Source: Moniliella sp. 'wahieum' (Eukaryota). Taken from it: a DNA stretch of 64,000 bases. The translations under genes and the position numbers were made by a program. The stretch lies in the NCBI GenBank assembly GCA_003971905.1, contig RSEE01000015.1, positions 744,001 to 808,000 on the forward strand, written 5' to 3'. Below the pieces are notes generated by a model. It was not told the DNA's origin. It worked only from the letters and a program-made list of their open reading frames with translations, and ran no database searches. Position 1 is the stretch's first letter, and every line of letters starts with the position of its first letter. This document shows, in pieces, positions 1 to 12,123 of this stretch.

Positions 1-856
1 ATGCGTTCCTTGCGTTGCGCGTAGGTGAGCTTGACCTGCTTGAACTTGAGCGACTCCTTCTTCCAGTGCTCCACGTCCTTCTTCGTAGGCTCGAAGTCAG
101 GGTTTTCCCGGATTTGCTCGTAGGCCTTCTCGTAAATCTCCTCAATGTCGTCAGAGGAAATGTCGTCGGCGAGGTAGGAAGCAAAGTGCTTCTTGAACCG
201 CTCGTCATCCTCCTCCTCGAGCGACTCCATAAACTCAGCAACGTGACCGCCGAAGATGTAGTTACGCAGCACGTCAGCGTCAAGCTCCTTCTCCTCGGCG
301 TCGTAGCCAGGGAAACGCTTGGGCGAGTGGGGCACAAAGAGGCCACCGTCCGAAGCACCCTTCATCGCGGCAAACACACGCGAGCCAGTGGAGGTGCGCT
401 TGAGACCAACGTCGAGGAATACCTTGAAGGGACGGGGAGCGCCCTCCTCATCCAGGGCCTCCGTCTCGGTGAACTCACCATCGGGCTCCGCAACACCCTC
501 GTACTTCTCGTCCAAGCCAAGCTTCTTAAGAGCACGCGGGCAACCAGGAGACCCGTGGCGTAGGCAGCAGTCCAGTTAGACAAGCCGTGGTTGATGCCGT
601 ACTTAGGGAGCTCCTTGGAGTGGGCGTGGGCAAACACCACGTCGCCCTGGATCTTGGCCGCAACGATTTGCACCGTCACGTACTTGTTGGAGAAACGGAC
701 GACCAGGCGGTACTTGGGGGCATTGTACTTGTTCTTGGCCTGCGTCACCAGAGCGCGGCGAGCAGCGAAGTCTGTCTTCCCCTCACGACGACGGCGGTAC
801 TTAACTTGGTACCGCGAGAAGTAGGCGGACGTCTTTACTTGCTTAACGAACGCCAT
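1..856 (-). CDS. RPL5: 60S ribosomal protein L5 (uL18); 3' end runs off the window start
   Basis: [30 protein letters not shown]...[17 protein letters not shown]...[19 protein letters not shown] is typical uL18. After an apparent frameshift near 530 the alternative frame gives [28 protein letters not shown]. Confidence 0.96.
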
Positions 857-1141
857 TTTGGCTGGAATGGGTGCCTTGACGGGGTGGCTCAACAGAACGG
901 CAGACGAATCAGGGGATATGGCAAGAGCATAACCCTATTGTCTCCACCAACTTGACTGACGCAGAAGACGATGTAGATACCATACTGGCGCAGTGGCGGA
1001 CGAGGCCGAAAAACGGCGGTGCTGCGGCGTATCAATTTCTAGGGTTATTTTCATCGCCTCTCTTCGCAACTTGGATTGACGCTCTGCCGGGGCTCAGCTG
1101 CTTGCTGCTCGCCAGACGCCAGACGCCAGCCACAGCCAAGG
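857..1141. promoter_or_regulatory. Shared bidirectional promoter region of RPL5 and RPL15
   Basis: 285 bp between divergent start codons; contains TAACCCTA (930-937) and its reverse complement TAGGGTTA (1040-1047). Confidence 0.6.
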
Positions 1142-1750
1142 ATGGGTGCCTACACGTACCTCCAGACGCTCTACAACAACAAGCAGTCGGATGTGCTCCG
1201 GCTGCTCTTCCGCCTCCGCTGCTGGGAGTACCGCCAGCTCAATGCCATCCACCGCGCTTCGCGCCCCTCGCGCCCCGACAAGGCCCGCCGTCTCGGCTAC
1301 AAGGCCAAGCAAGGCTACGTGATCTACCGCGTGCGTGTTCGCCGCGGCAACCGCAAAAAGCCTGTGAGCAAGGGTATTACCTACGGTAAGCCCGTGCACC
1401 AGGGTGTCAACCACCTTAAGTACCAGCGCACCCTTCGCTCGACGGCCGAAGAGCGCGTGGGGAAGAAGTGTGGCAACCTGCGCATCCTCAACTCGTACTG
1501 GATCAACCAGGATGGTATCTACAAGTACTACGAGGTGATTGCCGTCGACCCGTCCCACAAGGCCATCCGCCGTGATGCGCGCATCAACTGGATTGTCGGC
1601 CAGAAGCACCGCGAGTCGCGTGGCCTCACTGCCACGGGCAAGAAGAGCCGTGGCCTGGGCAAGGGTCACCGCTTCAACAAGACCCAGCACGGTGGCAAGA
1701 ACGCCACCATCAAGAAGCGCGATACGCTCTCTCTCCGCCGCTACCGTTAA
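1142..1750 (+). CDS. RPL15: 60S ribosomal protein L15 (eL15)
   Basis: Intact [11 protein letters not shown]...KQSDVLR...[18 protein letters not shown]...LNSYWINQD...LSLRRYR. Confidence 0.98.
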   Translation: MGAYTYLQTLYNNKQSDVLRLLFRLRCWEYRQLNAIHRASRPSRPDKARRLGYKAKQGYVIYRVRVRRGNRKKPVSKGITYGKPVHQGVNHLKYQRTLRSTAEERVGKKCGNLRILNSYWINQDGIYKYYEVIAVDPSHKAIRRDARINWIVGQKHRESRGLTATGKKSRGLGKGHRFNKTQHGGKNATIKKRDTLSLRRYR

Positions 1751-2216
1751 TTGCCCTATTGACTGCGATGGAAGGGGCCTCGTGTCTGTGCTCGGGGTCC
1801 CATTTGCGGGATTGGCCTGTTGTGCTCGAATGGCAGTCGTTGTTGCTGGATTCCGTACAGCTATGTTCCGGGGCGCATGTGCCTGCCTGGAACTATGGGG
1901 CTAGGCGCTGTCCCCTTCAGAGTTCACGTCCCCCACTTGGGTGGGGCGGAAGTCGAAAACAAAATCCCATGGCACTCATCCTTTCCCTTACCCCTATCGG
2001 ACCATAGTAGACCATAGCTCTCTCTCGAGGCACCTGTGCAACAGCGATGAGACGCTAAGCCACCACATCCATGTAAATACGGGGCCATTCCAGCGAGGTC
2101 AGGGTGTACTCAATGTCCATATCCATTGTCGAGCATCGGCAAAAAGGTAAATAGTGTCCACGGCAAGAAAATAATATTGGAGAGGGGAAGAAGGTGCGTG
2201 CAGGCCTGAACTGCAC

Positions 2217-3929
2217 TTAGAGCAAGCCCGCGGCCACCGCCAAGATGGGGCCCAGAACCACAATGCCCGACGAGCCAATTAGTGCAGATGCAGAGGAGCG
2301 AACGGAAGTGCCGGCGAGAGCGGTAGCGGGTACCTGACCGTTGGAGGCGGTCCCAGAGGGGGAAGGGAAGCCGGATCCATAGTAAACTTGATCCCCCGTC
2401 GCCTGTTGGTTTGTTGGGGTACTGGGCAAATTGCTCTTCCCAGAGGCAGTAGGTTGGACGGAGGGGTGGGCGTCCGTGGTGGTGACAACAGAGGCGATGG
2501 AGCGGTAGGTTTGGGCGGAGCCTGGCTTTTTAAGTGAAGCAAACCCGATTCGTGGGGCTGGGTGAAAGGCTAAAAGCAGTAAAGTAGGACTTGAGAAAGG
2601 CATCGCCGCAAATGACTGAGGGGTAGGGAATTGGGTGTCCATGGCAAACACAGCGCCAAGGCAGGTCTGGCCGCGCGAATCCAGAGCGCCGGCATTAAAG
2701 TCTTGGGGGTCCACATCGTATGATACACCTCCAAATGTAAACGCAACAGTGGCCTTGGTGTTACAGGGGAAGACAAAGAAGCCCTCCTCGCCCTGCAGCT
2801 CACGGGCGTTTGGAATGGATTTGTAGAGAGCTTGGGCGAGCTTGGTTGGTACAGCGATCAAAGTGGTGCCCGTGTCAATGGCAGCGACCAGCGTCGAGTC
2901 ATACGGCACCGTCTCGCCCTGAAGCTTGACGTTGTCCAGTTCCAAGGCCCAATATCCGATCTTGTCCATACCCTGGGGCATGTTTACCCAATGAATTGAA
3001 CCCGAGTACTGTCGCGAGTCCAGCGTGCCGAGGGTAAACACGCCTCCTGGACTTTGAAACGAGGTGGAAGTGACACGCTCATTTCGCGCGAGCTGGAAGG
3101 AAAACGGGATCGGCAAGCAAGCCTTGCTTGGCGAGGACTTGCCAAAAGGGTGTCACTGCGGCGGAGCTGAGGGTTTGGAGTCCCATGCCCATCAGCCCAG
3201 ATGCAGGGGCAGAAAGAGTACCTTGTTGCACTTCTGACGCCAGGGCGAAGGTCAAGTTTTCCACAGCAAACCCAGCCAATTCGACTCGATCAGAAGCGAG
3301 ATGACCGCGCGTAGCCGAGCCCATACTGGATCGAAAAACGGTTGGTGCGAGGTTTGGAGCGTGCTGGAGTGACCCGTGACAAATTTGGGCAGGTCGGCGC
3401 AGGCTGAAGCGGTGCAGGCATTGGAAGCAATCCACAAGTCACCTGCAGTGAGTAGATATGCCACACACAGGCAGAGGCACGTCAGCGTCAGCGTATATAT
3501 GAACCAACAAAAGTGTACAGAATATAAGCACAAAACGTACTGGATCCCGTGTCGAGGATTATAGCCAACGTCTGGGCCGGGGTACCAAACCCAACGGGAG
3601 CGTAGTAGTATGAGTCGGTGCCAACGACAGTGAGGGGCGCACGCACGCTTGGTGGTTCGTTAGTATTGCTATTGAGATGGCTGTGTTTGTGGGAGGTACT
3701 TGGTTCGCGATAGCTTGCCTGACTCCGAGCGTGCTCCAATGTATCCTCGGCAGCGTGGGTGCCGCGCTTGCCACCGCGGGCGGCATACCGGTCATACTTA
3801 TATAGAGGGTACTGAGATGCCCGCTTGCTTGGCGTTGCGACCGTCGATGCGTGCGGCGGGTATTGCGCTCACCAAGCTTGCAGGGGCCAGTAGGGCGACC
3901 AAGAGGTTGAGGGGTGACGGGAGGAGCAT
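2217..3929 (-). CDS. Secreted pepsin-like (A1) aspartic protease, probably GPI-anchored
   Basis: Signal peptide MLLPSPLNLLVALLAPASLVSA; first catalytic motif ILDTGS and second AIDTGTT; GLMGMG motif; a GT..AG intron at about 3540-3443; Ser/Thr-rich tail with a hydrophobic C-terminus. Several apparent frameshifts. Confidence 0.9.
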
Positions 3930-5040
3930 GCTGATGGATTCCAGGAATATTAAGCAAAGGGAAGATGCTGGTAGTGGTGGTGATGGAGCAAGAGTGAGGG
4001 GTGGTTGTGGGTAGCGTAGTGGGCTCGTCAACGGCGCCTAAGCGTTAGGCAGCGCGATGTTTGTGTGGTATATATATACCGCAATGGACGCACCCTATAC
4101 AGAAGGTGTGCGCAACGGGACGCGGGCTACGTCAGTCTGGGTGTTGGGTAAGCCGGTAAGCACACAGTAAACGCATTAAACACAGCCCCCGCGCCCCTTG
4201 ATACTAACCTGCCATCCAAGCCTGGAGACCCGCGCTGTGCGGGGGTGGCCGGGAGCTCGCACGGGCCTGTCGCCATTGGCAGTCTTGGCGCCACCGTCTG
4301 GGGTCTCGGCATGAGCATGTCCAGCGTCAAGCTTCAAGGGAGAGTCGAGCCTTTTGGCTCTGGCATCTCAGTCTGAGACTTGGGAAACGGGCAGCGGCGT
4401 CTGGGCGGCCCAAGCTGTGTTCGTTTTGTCCGTGCTACCGGGGCAGGCCGCAGCTCAGCTGAGCGCCCAGGCTGCGCAGTGCCTAATGACTAGCGCCTCC
4501 ACCAAGTTTCCTAGGGCGGGGAGAGTACAGTGTGGAGTTCACTTAGCTTGCTATTCCGGTTATATATAGCGTAAGCCATTCTATCTCTTGGGCTCCGATG
4601 ATGGTGGCCATAATGGCCACCCATGTACGATTGATGAAGACAGGCAGTGCTGCGCAGCACACAGAACACTTGCTAACTCCAAGCATAGCGCTAGCAAGCA
4701 GTCAGCGAGGGTATCAACTGGGCGGTCCCAGCACAGGGCACAAGCACACGGGCAGTGACATGTGAGGCCCGAACGAAAGGCCGAGAAGGGAGCACGGAAA
4801 TGGATGCGATATGGTGGCGGCAAAGGGTTACAAAACGAGAGTTCCTTGTCGGGCTGCAGCGGGTGGCGCCTGCAACCGCCAAGAAAGTTGGGTTACGGTG
4901 GATGTAGAGGAGGGAAGAGGCGGATATGGAGCATATTGCGACGAGTTGGCACTGGTCCCCTCTCCGATCCACCCCGGAACGAGAAACCCGCCTCACTGCG
5001 CATGTCCCCCAATCGTCCTTTCCCCGGCAATAAGACGGGA

Positions 5041-8000
5041 TTAGGATGCCTGCCCGAGAAAGAGCGAGTCAGAGTATAGCAGTCCGCAGCCGATTGGAAG
5101 GACCCGCATGAGGCGGAAGAGGCGTGGTATCAGGTTCGGGATCGAGGTGGAAGGGTGCAAACTGCAATTGGGAAGGCAATGGTTGACCAAAAGTCGACGA
5201 ACTGCCCCTGATCTTGAGGCAGGAGGCGGTTGTGGACTGTTTGTCCAGATCGTACCCCGGGGGCGATCCTGGATCCCACCCTGTCGCACAGTGAATGTCG
5301 TCAATCCAGTCGGCATCACTGCGGCTGGGCAGGTGAAATGTCGGCGTAGGGAGCGAGCGCAGACCCTCACTTGCATTTACGGGCGGAGAGGAGAAAGGCC
5401 CGCAATCATTCGGGGAGGCACAAATGCTCCCAGGGAATGGGTGGAAGGACATGGTCGATCCTGGTCCTGAGGGGGCGGGGTCGGTTCAGTCCCAGTATAT
5501 CAGAAGGATGCACTGTCTCCCGGTGAGGCGTGGGGAAAAGTGCGATAACGGAGGTACAGCAGGGCTAGACAGGAGCGAGTTGGATGCGTTGGAGAGGGAC
5601 GTGAGGAAGGACGGTAAGGATGGAGGCGGTGCTGTGCATGCGGCGGCTTGGGACTTGATGGCAATCCCGAACGAGATGGCGATACGCCACGGGAACGGCT
5701 GCGGCCATGCAGATTTGCGATCGCCGCCCACTTTCCGGCACTCGGGAGACATTCAAAGGGTGAGGATTGATGGTAGGCGAAGCATGGACATGGGGTCCCA
5801 GCAGGTTGCTCAAATCGTTAAGCAATTGAGAGTCAACCGACCCTTGTGTACTGGGTGGCTTACCTCGTGCCGGCCTCATTCTCACAGGGGCTCCCATCGA
5901 TGGTTGCGGACCAGAGGGTAGAAAAGTGCGAGCAGTGCGACTGCACACTTGCACGATCAAAGCTGGATACACTTCCGGCTGACAAAGCCGTGCCTGTCCG
6001 AGGCGCTTTGATACCCAAATGAGTCGCTTGGGTCTGCTGGTCGCGCAAGCCTGTGGGCCGCCATGTGGTGACTGAGGCATGCCTTGCCGAATCGACACTG
6101 AGGTCTCCCCCCACCGGTCTCGACCTGTGTGCAGGGAACGGGTCTGATCGCCCTGTTTGGGTTGAAGCTATGCTACCCCGTACTCGATGCTGGGGACGCA
6201 TATGGTCCGTGTACGACCAGTGAGGTGCATGGCCTCACATCGGCAGACGCAGCGGGCATTCCAGTCGAGAAAACTGAAAGGCTCGCCCCTGCACCAACAG
6301 ATGAGGTGGAAACAGTCGAAAAGGCTGGTGATGATGGCCCAGGTGCATATGCTTGTTCTAGGTTTGGACTATCGAGTGTCGCAAGCATCTCCTCGGGAGG
6401 CTGGTTTGGCTCCCAGGGCGGCGGTGGTACGCTGCGCTTCCATGATAATCACGGCGCTGTGGAGAATCGAAAAGATTATCTCGATGACTCGGGTTCTCCT
6501 CAATGTGCGACAGCGGTGCGGCCAAGGGAGTTGGGGCTGCCGCCTTGGGATCCATCGAGCGGAGGCCCACTGTACGGCGGGACAGGAGCGCGCGGGCACG
6601 CCCTTGTCCAGGACCCTTATCGTTCGTAAAGTTCAAGCTCTTCACAGTGCTGGACGCATAGCCCGGCGTATCGCCTGCCACTGAAGGTGCAGACCCATGA
6701 AATGGAGGGAGTGTAGTGACTCATATCAGTGGAGAGGGGTGCCTGTAAGCCTTGGGATTCTGTGGATGCCAATGAGGCAGGGGACGATTGGTAAGGGGGT
6801 TTGGGGAGAGCGGGCGTGTATACGTGAGTGTGGGGGTTGGTATGGTATGGGTCGTAGTGGGGCGTGGCTGCCGTGTTCCTTATCCTCACCGAAGAGACAG
6901 AGTTGGTGTCGGTAGGTTGGTTCGCCTGGTTACCAAGATCTGGGGGTTGTGAAGCGGCAACCCAGGCTTCCTTGGCGAAGTTAGGAGAGGAAGTGGAAAC
7001 GGCAGACGCAACGGCAGGAATGGAGGGGTGAAAAGTGGAGGCAACAGAGGCTGCCTGTCCAGCATGAGCCAAAACTGGAGGTGTGGTGGATGACAGGGCA
7101 GAGGACGCCGCTATGGAGGCAGAGCCCGATGTGCCTAGTGGGGGCGCAAAGGGGGAAGCGCGTTGTGTGGATGATGATGGTGGGGGTTGGAGTTTAATCG
7201 CATCCTCAAGGATGTAGGGGAAATGAAGACAGTCTGCCGCCGTTGGTCGGGCAGCAGGATCGTAACGCAAAAGTTCTTGGATCAAAGCAATCAAGTTGGT
7301 TGGGATCTTTGTTCCAAAGAGAGTGGAGAATTCGACAGGTGGGCAGCGGGGCCATACCAAGCCATTGCTTTGCATTAGCCTTTCCCCTTCAGGCCATGGT
7401 CCACCACCTATCGATCTGCTGGTGCGTGAATCCACCCCCCACTCACTCGAAGGCGAGCCAAGTGTTTCAGAAATGAGCATGAGCTGAGCAGGCTCGGTGA
7501 ACCCTGGAAACAAGGGTTCGAGATTGATCACCTCGGTCATGATGGTGCCCAGGGCCCATAGGTCGACCGGGGCAGAGTATGTGGTGGAGTGGAGCAACAT
7601 CTCAGGGGCACGGTACCATCGTGTCGAAACGTAGGTTGAGTAGGGCGGCTTGGATGTCAATTCTCGCGCTAGACCAAAGTCGGCGATCTTGACAACGACC
7701 GAAACGTCCTGCTCGAACTTGCCAGGCCGGGTGGGGTTAGGGTAATTGGCCAATCCAAGAGTTGTGAGAAGGAGGTTTTCCGGCTTCATGTCACGATGGA
7801 AAAACCCGTGGGCATGGACGTGGGCGAGGCCCTCGAGGGTCTGAGAAAAAATGGAGGCGACCAAACCGCCGGCGAGAGCACGGCCCTTGCGCACCTTCGT
7901 GAGTTGGAACAAATTACCCTCGAGCGATTCAAAGACAAAATGCAGCTGAGAGGTACCGGGCATGAGGAAAGCGTCGTAGAGGGCAACATATTAGGGTGAT

Positions 8001-8473
8001 GCGGGATTTCGAGTAGTGACTGGGGAGGCAGAGAAGAGAAAGGTTAGCAACAGAAAGGCGGAATAGGAGGCAGAGAGCAGACATACTCTCAGCTCGCGAA
8101 GGCGAAGACAGTCGTGCCAGTTGGCATAGGGTTTCTTCATGCGCTTGATGGCAACCAAGCGCTTTCCTTTGAATTCGGCGGCACGTGTGGTATGCATGGT
8201 GCTGGGAACCATGTCGTCGGGGAGAGGAGACTTCCAGTTGGCAAGGAAGACTGTGCCGAAGGAGCCATCGCCAAGTTTCCGGATGACATCGAACTCACGT
8301 GGGCCCATGCGCATCAGATCGGCTGCGGTGCGTCCAGGCGGAGCAAGGACGAGGGCGGCAGTGGAGAAGGTGGCTGGGTTGGATGCAGATGGACCAGGCG
8401 CGCCAGAGTCGTGGGGCGCATATGAGGCGCCATTGGATGCGATGCCCACCTGGTCAGGCATATGCGTGGGCAT
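5041..8473 (-). CDS. Ime2/Crk1-like (MAK/ICK family) protein kinase with long low-complexity C-terminal tail; 3' end approximate
   Basis: LGDGSFGTV, VAIKRMKK, HRDMKPENLL, DFGLARE and YVSTRWYRAPE motifs; intron at about 8086-8020. Ser/Pro-rich minus-strand ORF pieces continue to about 5.0 kb and are taken as the frameshifted tail (inference). Confidence 0.85.
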
Positions 8474-8670
8474 GTGCACGGGTGCCGACACGGCCGCGGG
8501 CACGGGAATGGGTGTGGATGTGGGTGCGGGTGGTGCGGGTGGTGGTACGGGCGGCGCGCACAGGGCAGACAGATTCGCACATACACTCACGCCGAGAGGG
8601 CGCAGCTGAGGCGCATGGGCGGCCAGCAGGAGGTGGTGGCAAAGACACAAGGAGGCGAGATGGGGGCCGA

Positions 8671-8765
8671 GAGAGCAGGCCAGAGCAGGCCAGAGCAGGC
8701 TAGAGCAGGCTAGAGCAGGCGAGAGCAGGCCAAAGCACAGACCAGGCCAGAGCACACCAGGCCAG
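8671..8765. repeat. Degenerate 10-bp tandem repeat (AGAGCAGGCC/T) upstream of the kinase
   Basis: gagagcaggc cagagcaggc cagagcaggc tagagcaggc tagagcaggc gagagcaggc. Confidence 0.85.
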
Positions 8766-9559
8766 ACCAACCTAGCCAGACAAGCGGCGAAGAGAGCAGC
8801 CGAGGCGCGAGCAGACCAAGTGTGGGTGTGCGGCGCTGGTGGGAGCAGAAGGTAGTGTTGAGTAGTGGTGGAGATGGCCGATGCCGAGGCCCCTCGAGTG
8901 TCTGCGGCCAATGCGTAATTACGCGTCAGATGATATCATCCATGCAGGCGTCATTAATCGATTAATCATTTTCCCCATTCAGTCAACCATCGATCCACTC
9001 TCTCGCGTCGAATGGGGGCCGCCGGGCACTGCCCCAGTGCCCCCCTTAACCCAGCCTCACCCCGGAGCGCACCACCGTTTTCGGCCGTGGTGCTGGAATG
9101 CTAAGCGCTAAGCTAAGGCTTAGCGCTAATCTCCTATGCACACGCTCCGTCCGACCCACCAGCAGCCGCCAGACGGACCATCTGCATCAACGTTCAACAG
9201 CTTCAAGTCACAGTGCTTCTAAACTCAGAGCGCCCGCCCCGGTGCCAGTCGCACTCTGCCCACCCCCGCTTCGTCCAGCATCTGCCCCCGCCCCCGGTGG
9301 CCATAACGCGTAACGTGCGGCCTCCGATGTTGCTAGCTTTCTATAGCGTTTTAAAGCGTAACTCCCACCCTCTGTCTTTTGAGTTGAGTATTACTATAGG
9401 CACTATAGCATGATTCTCATCAGTTGGGAGATCCTGTGTCCTCCTCTCGACTGTTCCCCCTAGCTTCCTTCTGAGGTAGTATTACCTCCAGTGTGTCCAT
9501 AGATGTATCCAATTCATCTGCTCCATTTCCTCCTTTTCTCGCGTTTCCTGGCAAAGCTG

Positions 9560-9705
9560 TTGAACGCGTTGAACGTTGAACGTTGAAGCTTGAAGCTTGA
9601 AGCTTGAAGCTTGAAGCTTGGCTTTGGAAAGGCATATGCCCGCGAGCTTCATCAGTTGCATCAGTGAAGCTTGAAGCTTCAAAAGAGTTTCAGGCTTTAA
9701 GCTTC
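9560..9705. repeat. Heptamer tandem array (TTGAACG)n grading into (TTGAAGC)n
   Basis: ttgaacgttgaacgttgaagcttgaagcttgaagcttgaagcttgaagctt, with further tgaagcttgaagcttc downstream. Confidence 0.85.
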
Positions 9706-10143
9706 AAGATCTGAGCCTGTCTGAGCCGCGTGCTCGCTCAACCTGAGCCTCAGGGCTCAGGCGCTCAGGCTGAGCGCGGTGAGGCCGGTGACCGGTGAGC
9801 CCTCCCTCACTGGCCTCACTAGCTCACTAGTACAGTCACTAATGTCCGATGGTGTATCTGGACTGGTCACCGATCACCGATCACCGATCCACGCCACAGA
9901 CACCCGCAACTCTTAGTGGTTCGACCGCGCTGCAGCACCACAGGCATTTGAACATTGTACACCACTAATCGCATTCCGCCGACCATGTAGCGGAATCAAA
10001 AGGCTCATCTAGCTCACAAGTTTTGTTTGGGTTTTGGATCCTCGACATCATCCCTTCAAGCAGCAGCTGCCCCCTGCCCCCACCAAGAAAGGCGACGCGA
10101 GAGAGCTACTACTCCCTCCCCTAAACGGCAACCTCAACCCACA

Positions 10144-10944
10144 ATGGCGCCTCCCGGCTCCAACAACACCTCTGCGCTTGGATGGGAGCAGCAGTCCATG
10201 ATTGAGTTTGCCGTCAAGGCCGCCGAGACTTTTGTCAGTGCCTACTATTCTGCCTCGGACGCACCTTTACGCAGCAACGTACGTTCTCGTCCATAACCAT
10301 GTATCGATTGACCAGGCGCCAACCGTCTTTTTTTCCCCTATTCTTTGGCGAAACAGCTCCTGCCAACACTATACTTGCCGGATAGCACGCTATCTTGGAA
10401 TGGCAATGCCTTCCAAGGTTCTGACGCCTTGGCACATCTCCTATCGCAAATGCCAGCCACCAAACACGAGGTCCTCGGCTTTGACTGCCACCCAGTCCAT
10501 GGAGGAGTCAGCAGCACCGGTATGTTCACTTCTCTTTCCTCTTTGCATGCGCCCAGGCAGGATGGGACTGACAACACAGCTTGATTGCAGGCGCCATTAC
10601 ACTTCCCACACTCGTGCTGACCGTAACCGGGGTGGTAACACACCACGCCCCTGGATCAGTCCACCGACCGACACGAATGCACCTCGCTCCGTCCAAGGCA
10701 ATAAGCGGAACAAGCGCAATGGAGCCAATGACTATGGCGATGCTCCGATTGACTCCCCCCCCGCGCCTTTAGCCAAAACTTTGTCTTGGTTCCTGGTCAG
10801 TCCGATGGCGGTGTCAATGTCTCTGTTGCGCTCACCCCTGCGGCGACCTACCCGTCAGCTGCGGGGTTGACGCCACCACCAGCCCAGCTCTTACTCGCCG
10901 GACAAATGTTCATCCGCGCCGACAGCTTCCGCTTTGTCGGTTAG
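10144..10944 (+). CDS. NXT1: NTF2-like mRNA export factor (Nxt1/p15 family)
   Basis: AAETFVSAYY, LYLPDSTLSWNGN, HEVLGFDCHP, LVLTVTGVVTH and terminal ADSFRFVG-stop; introns begin near 10279 and 10520. Confidence 0.8.
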
Positions 10945-12123
10945 AGACGCCTTACTGTCTCCTTTCCCACTTGGTCATGTGCCCTGCTCTTCAAATGTGC
11001 TGCTTTGCGCCGGGGGGGAAGGGAGGGGAGGTATCTGCCCCAAAATCTTCTTACCCAGGTCATCGTTTTGTGTGGCTACACGCGGGTGCCCTCTTGTACA
11101 AATATCATTGGCTTTCAGCAGCGATGCGGTATGCACCGTGGTCTCATCGTTTATGGCGTGACGCGTGAGGTAGCTATCAACATATGTAGTGTCAGCTGAG
11201 CGCCCCACCAGTCTCCGTAGTGGGTTTGCAGCTGATGAAGTGGACACAGGGTGCGGCATTGAGCATGGTATGATGCACAGCAACGCTGCTAACCCAGCTC
11301 GTACTCTGATTGCACCGCATATGGTACCACTGACTTGGACTGGGCTAAATCTTGAGTCCATACCCACACTCAAGTTGTCCAGTCGACTCGGCAACAACAC
11401 AGGGAAGCGTACTGACATGCTGTGCAACGCGGCTGCTCGTTCAGGCAAGATTGGTGGGGACGGCTTGGGTGGAATGGGGAGCGAGTCAGAACGGGTCACT
11501 GACACGTCTCGGCCAAGGCCGAGAGGGAATTTTTCGAATCATCCCTTGTTGGGTAGGAAGCAGCGCAAGTCCCTTTCGCACACTGAGCAGGAAAAGCCGC
11601 GTGCTCAAGCTGCCACCTCATCGACCAGTAGCGGCGGTCGGTACCCTCCCCAGACGCTGACAATAACTTGGCGATTCCGGACTTCAGAGGTTCAATGACC
11701 TTGTCCCCCTTCCGCCTCAAGCATGACGGGGCGGGGCACGGTGGGATCCTTTTCGGATATGTGTCGCAGCCGCGGGGCGCACGGCTGCATCGCCCGGCAA
11801 GGCTGGAGCGATGGGCGTGCCTATGAGGAGCGGGGGGGGGGGTGAGTTAACACAAGCCGTATGAAGAGCGGAGGCAAGCGGTTGGAGGCAGTCACGTGGT
11901 GACGGGAGCAATCGAGGAAGCAGCGCCTCCGAGGGCGGAGGGCGCCTTACGTCAGCGGCCTGGGTGACCACGGCTGGGCGGCATTTGGGAGCCGGAGTAT
12001 TGGATGCTTGGCGGCGGCGGCTGGCCTCAGGCCTCGGGCCGAAAGCAGGATTGTTCCCGCCTACGCCACCGCCGAATTGCGCTCCCGCGGCCCTGCCCAC
12101 ACGACCCCCTCCCCCCACACACC

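Noticed and set aside
10975..11720. ORFs of about 170 aa between NXT1 and PPT1
   Set aside because: No recognisable motifs, overlapping on both strands; cannot be supported as genes.
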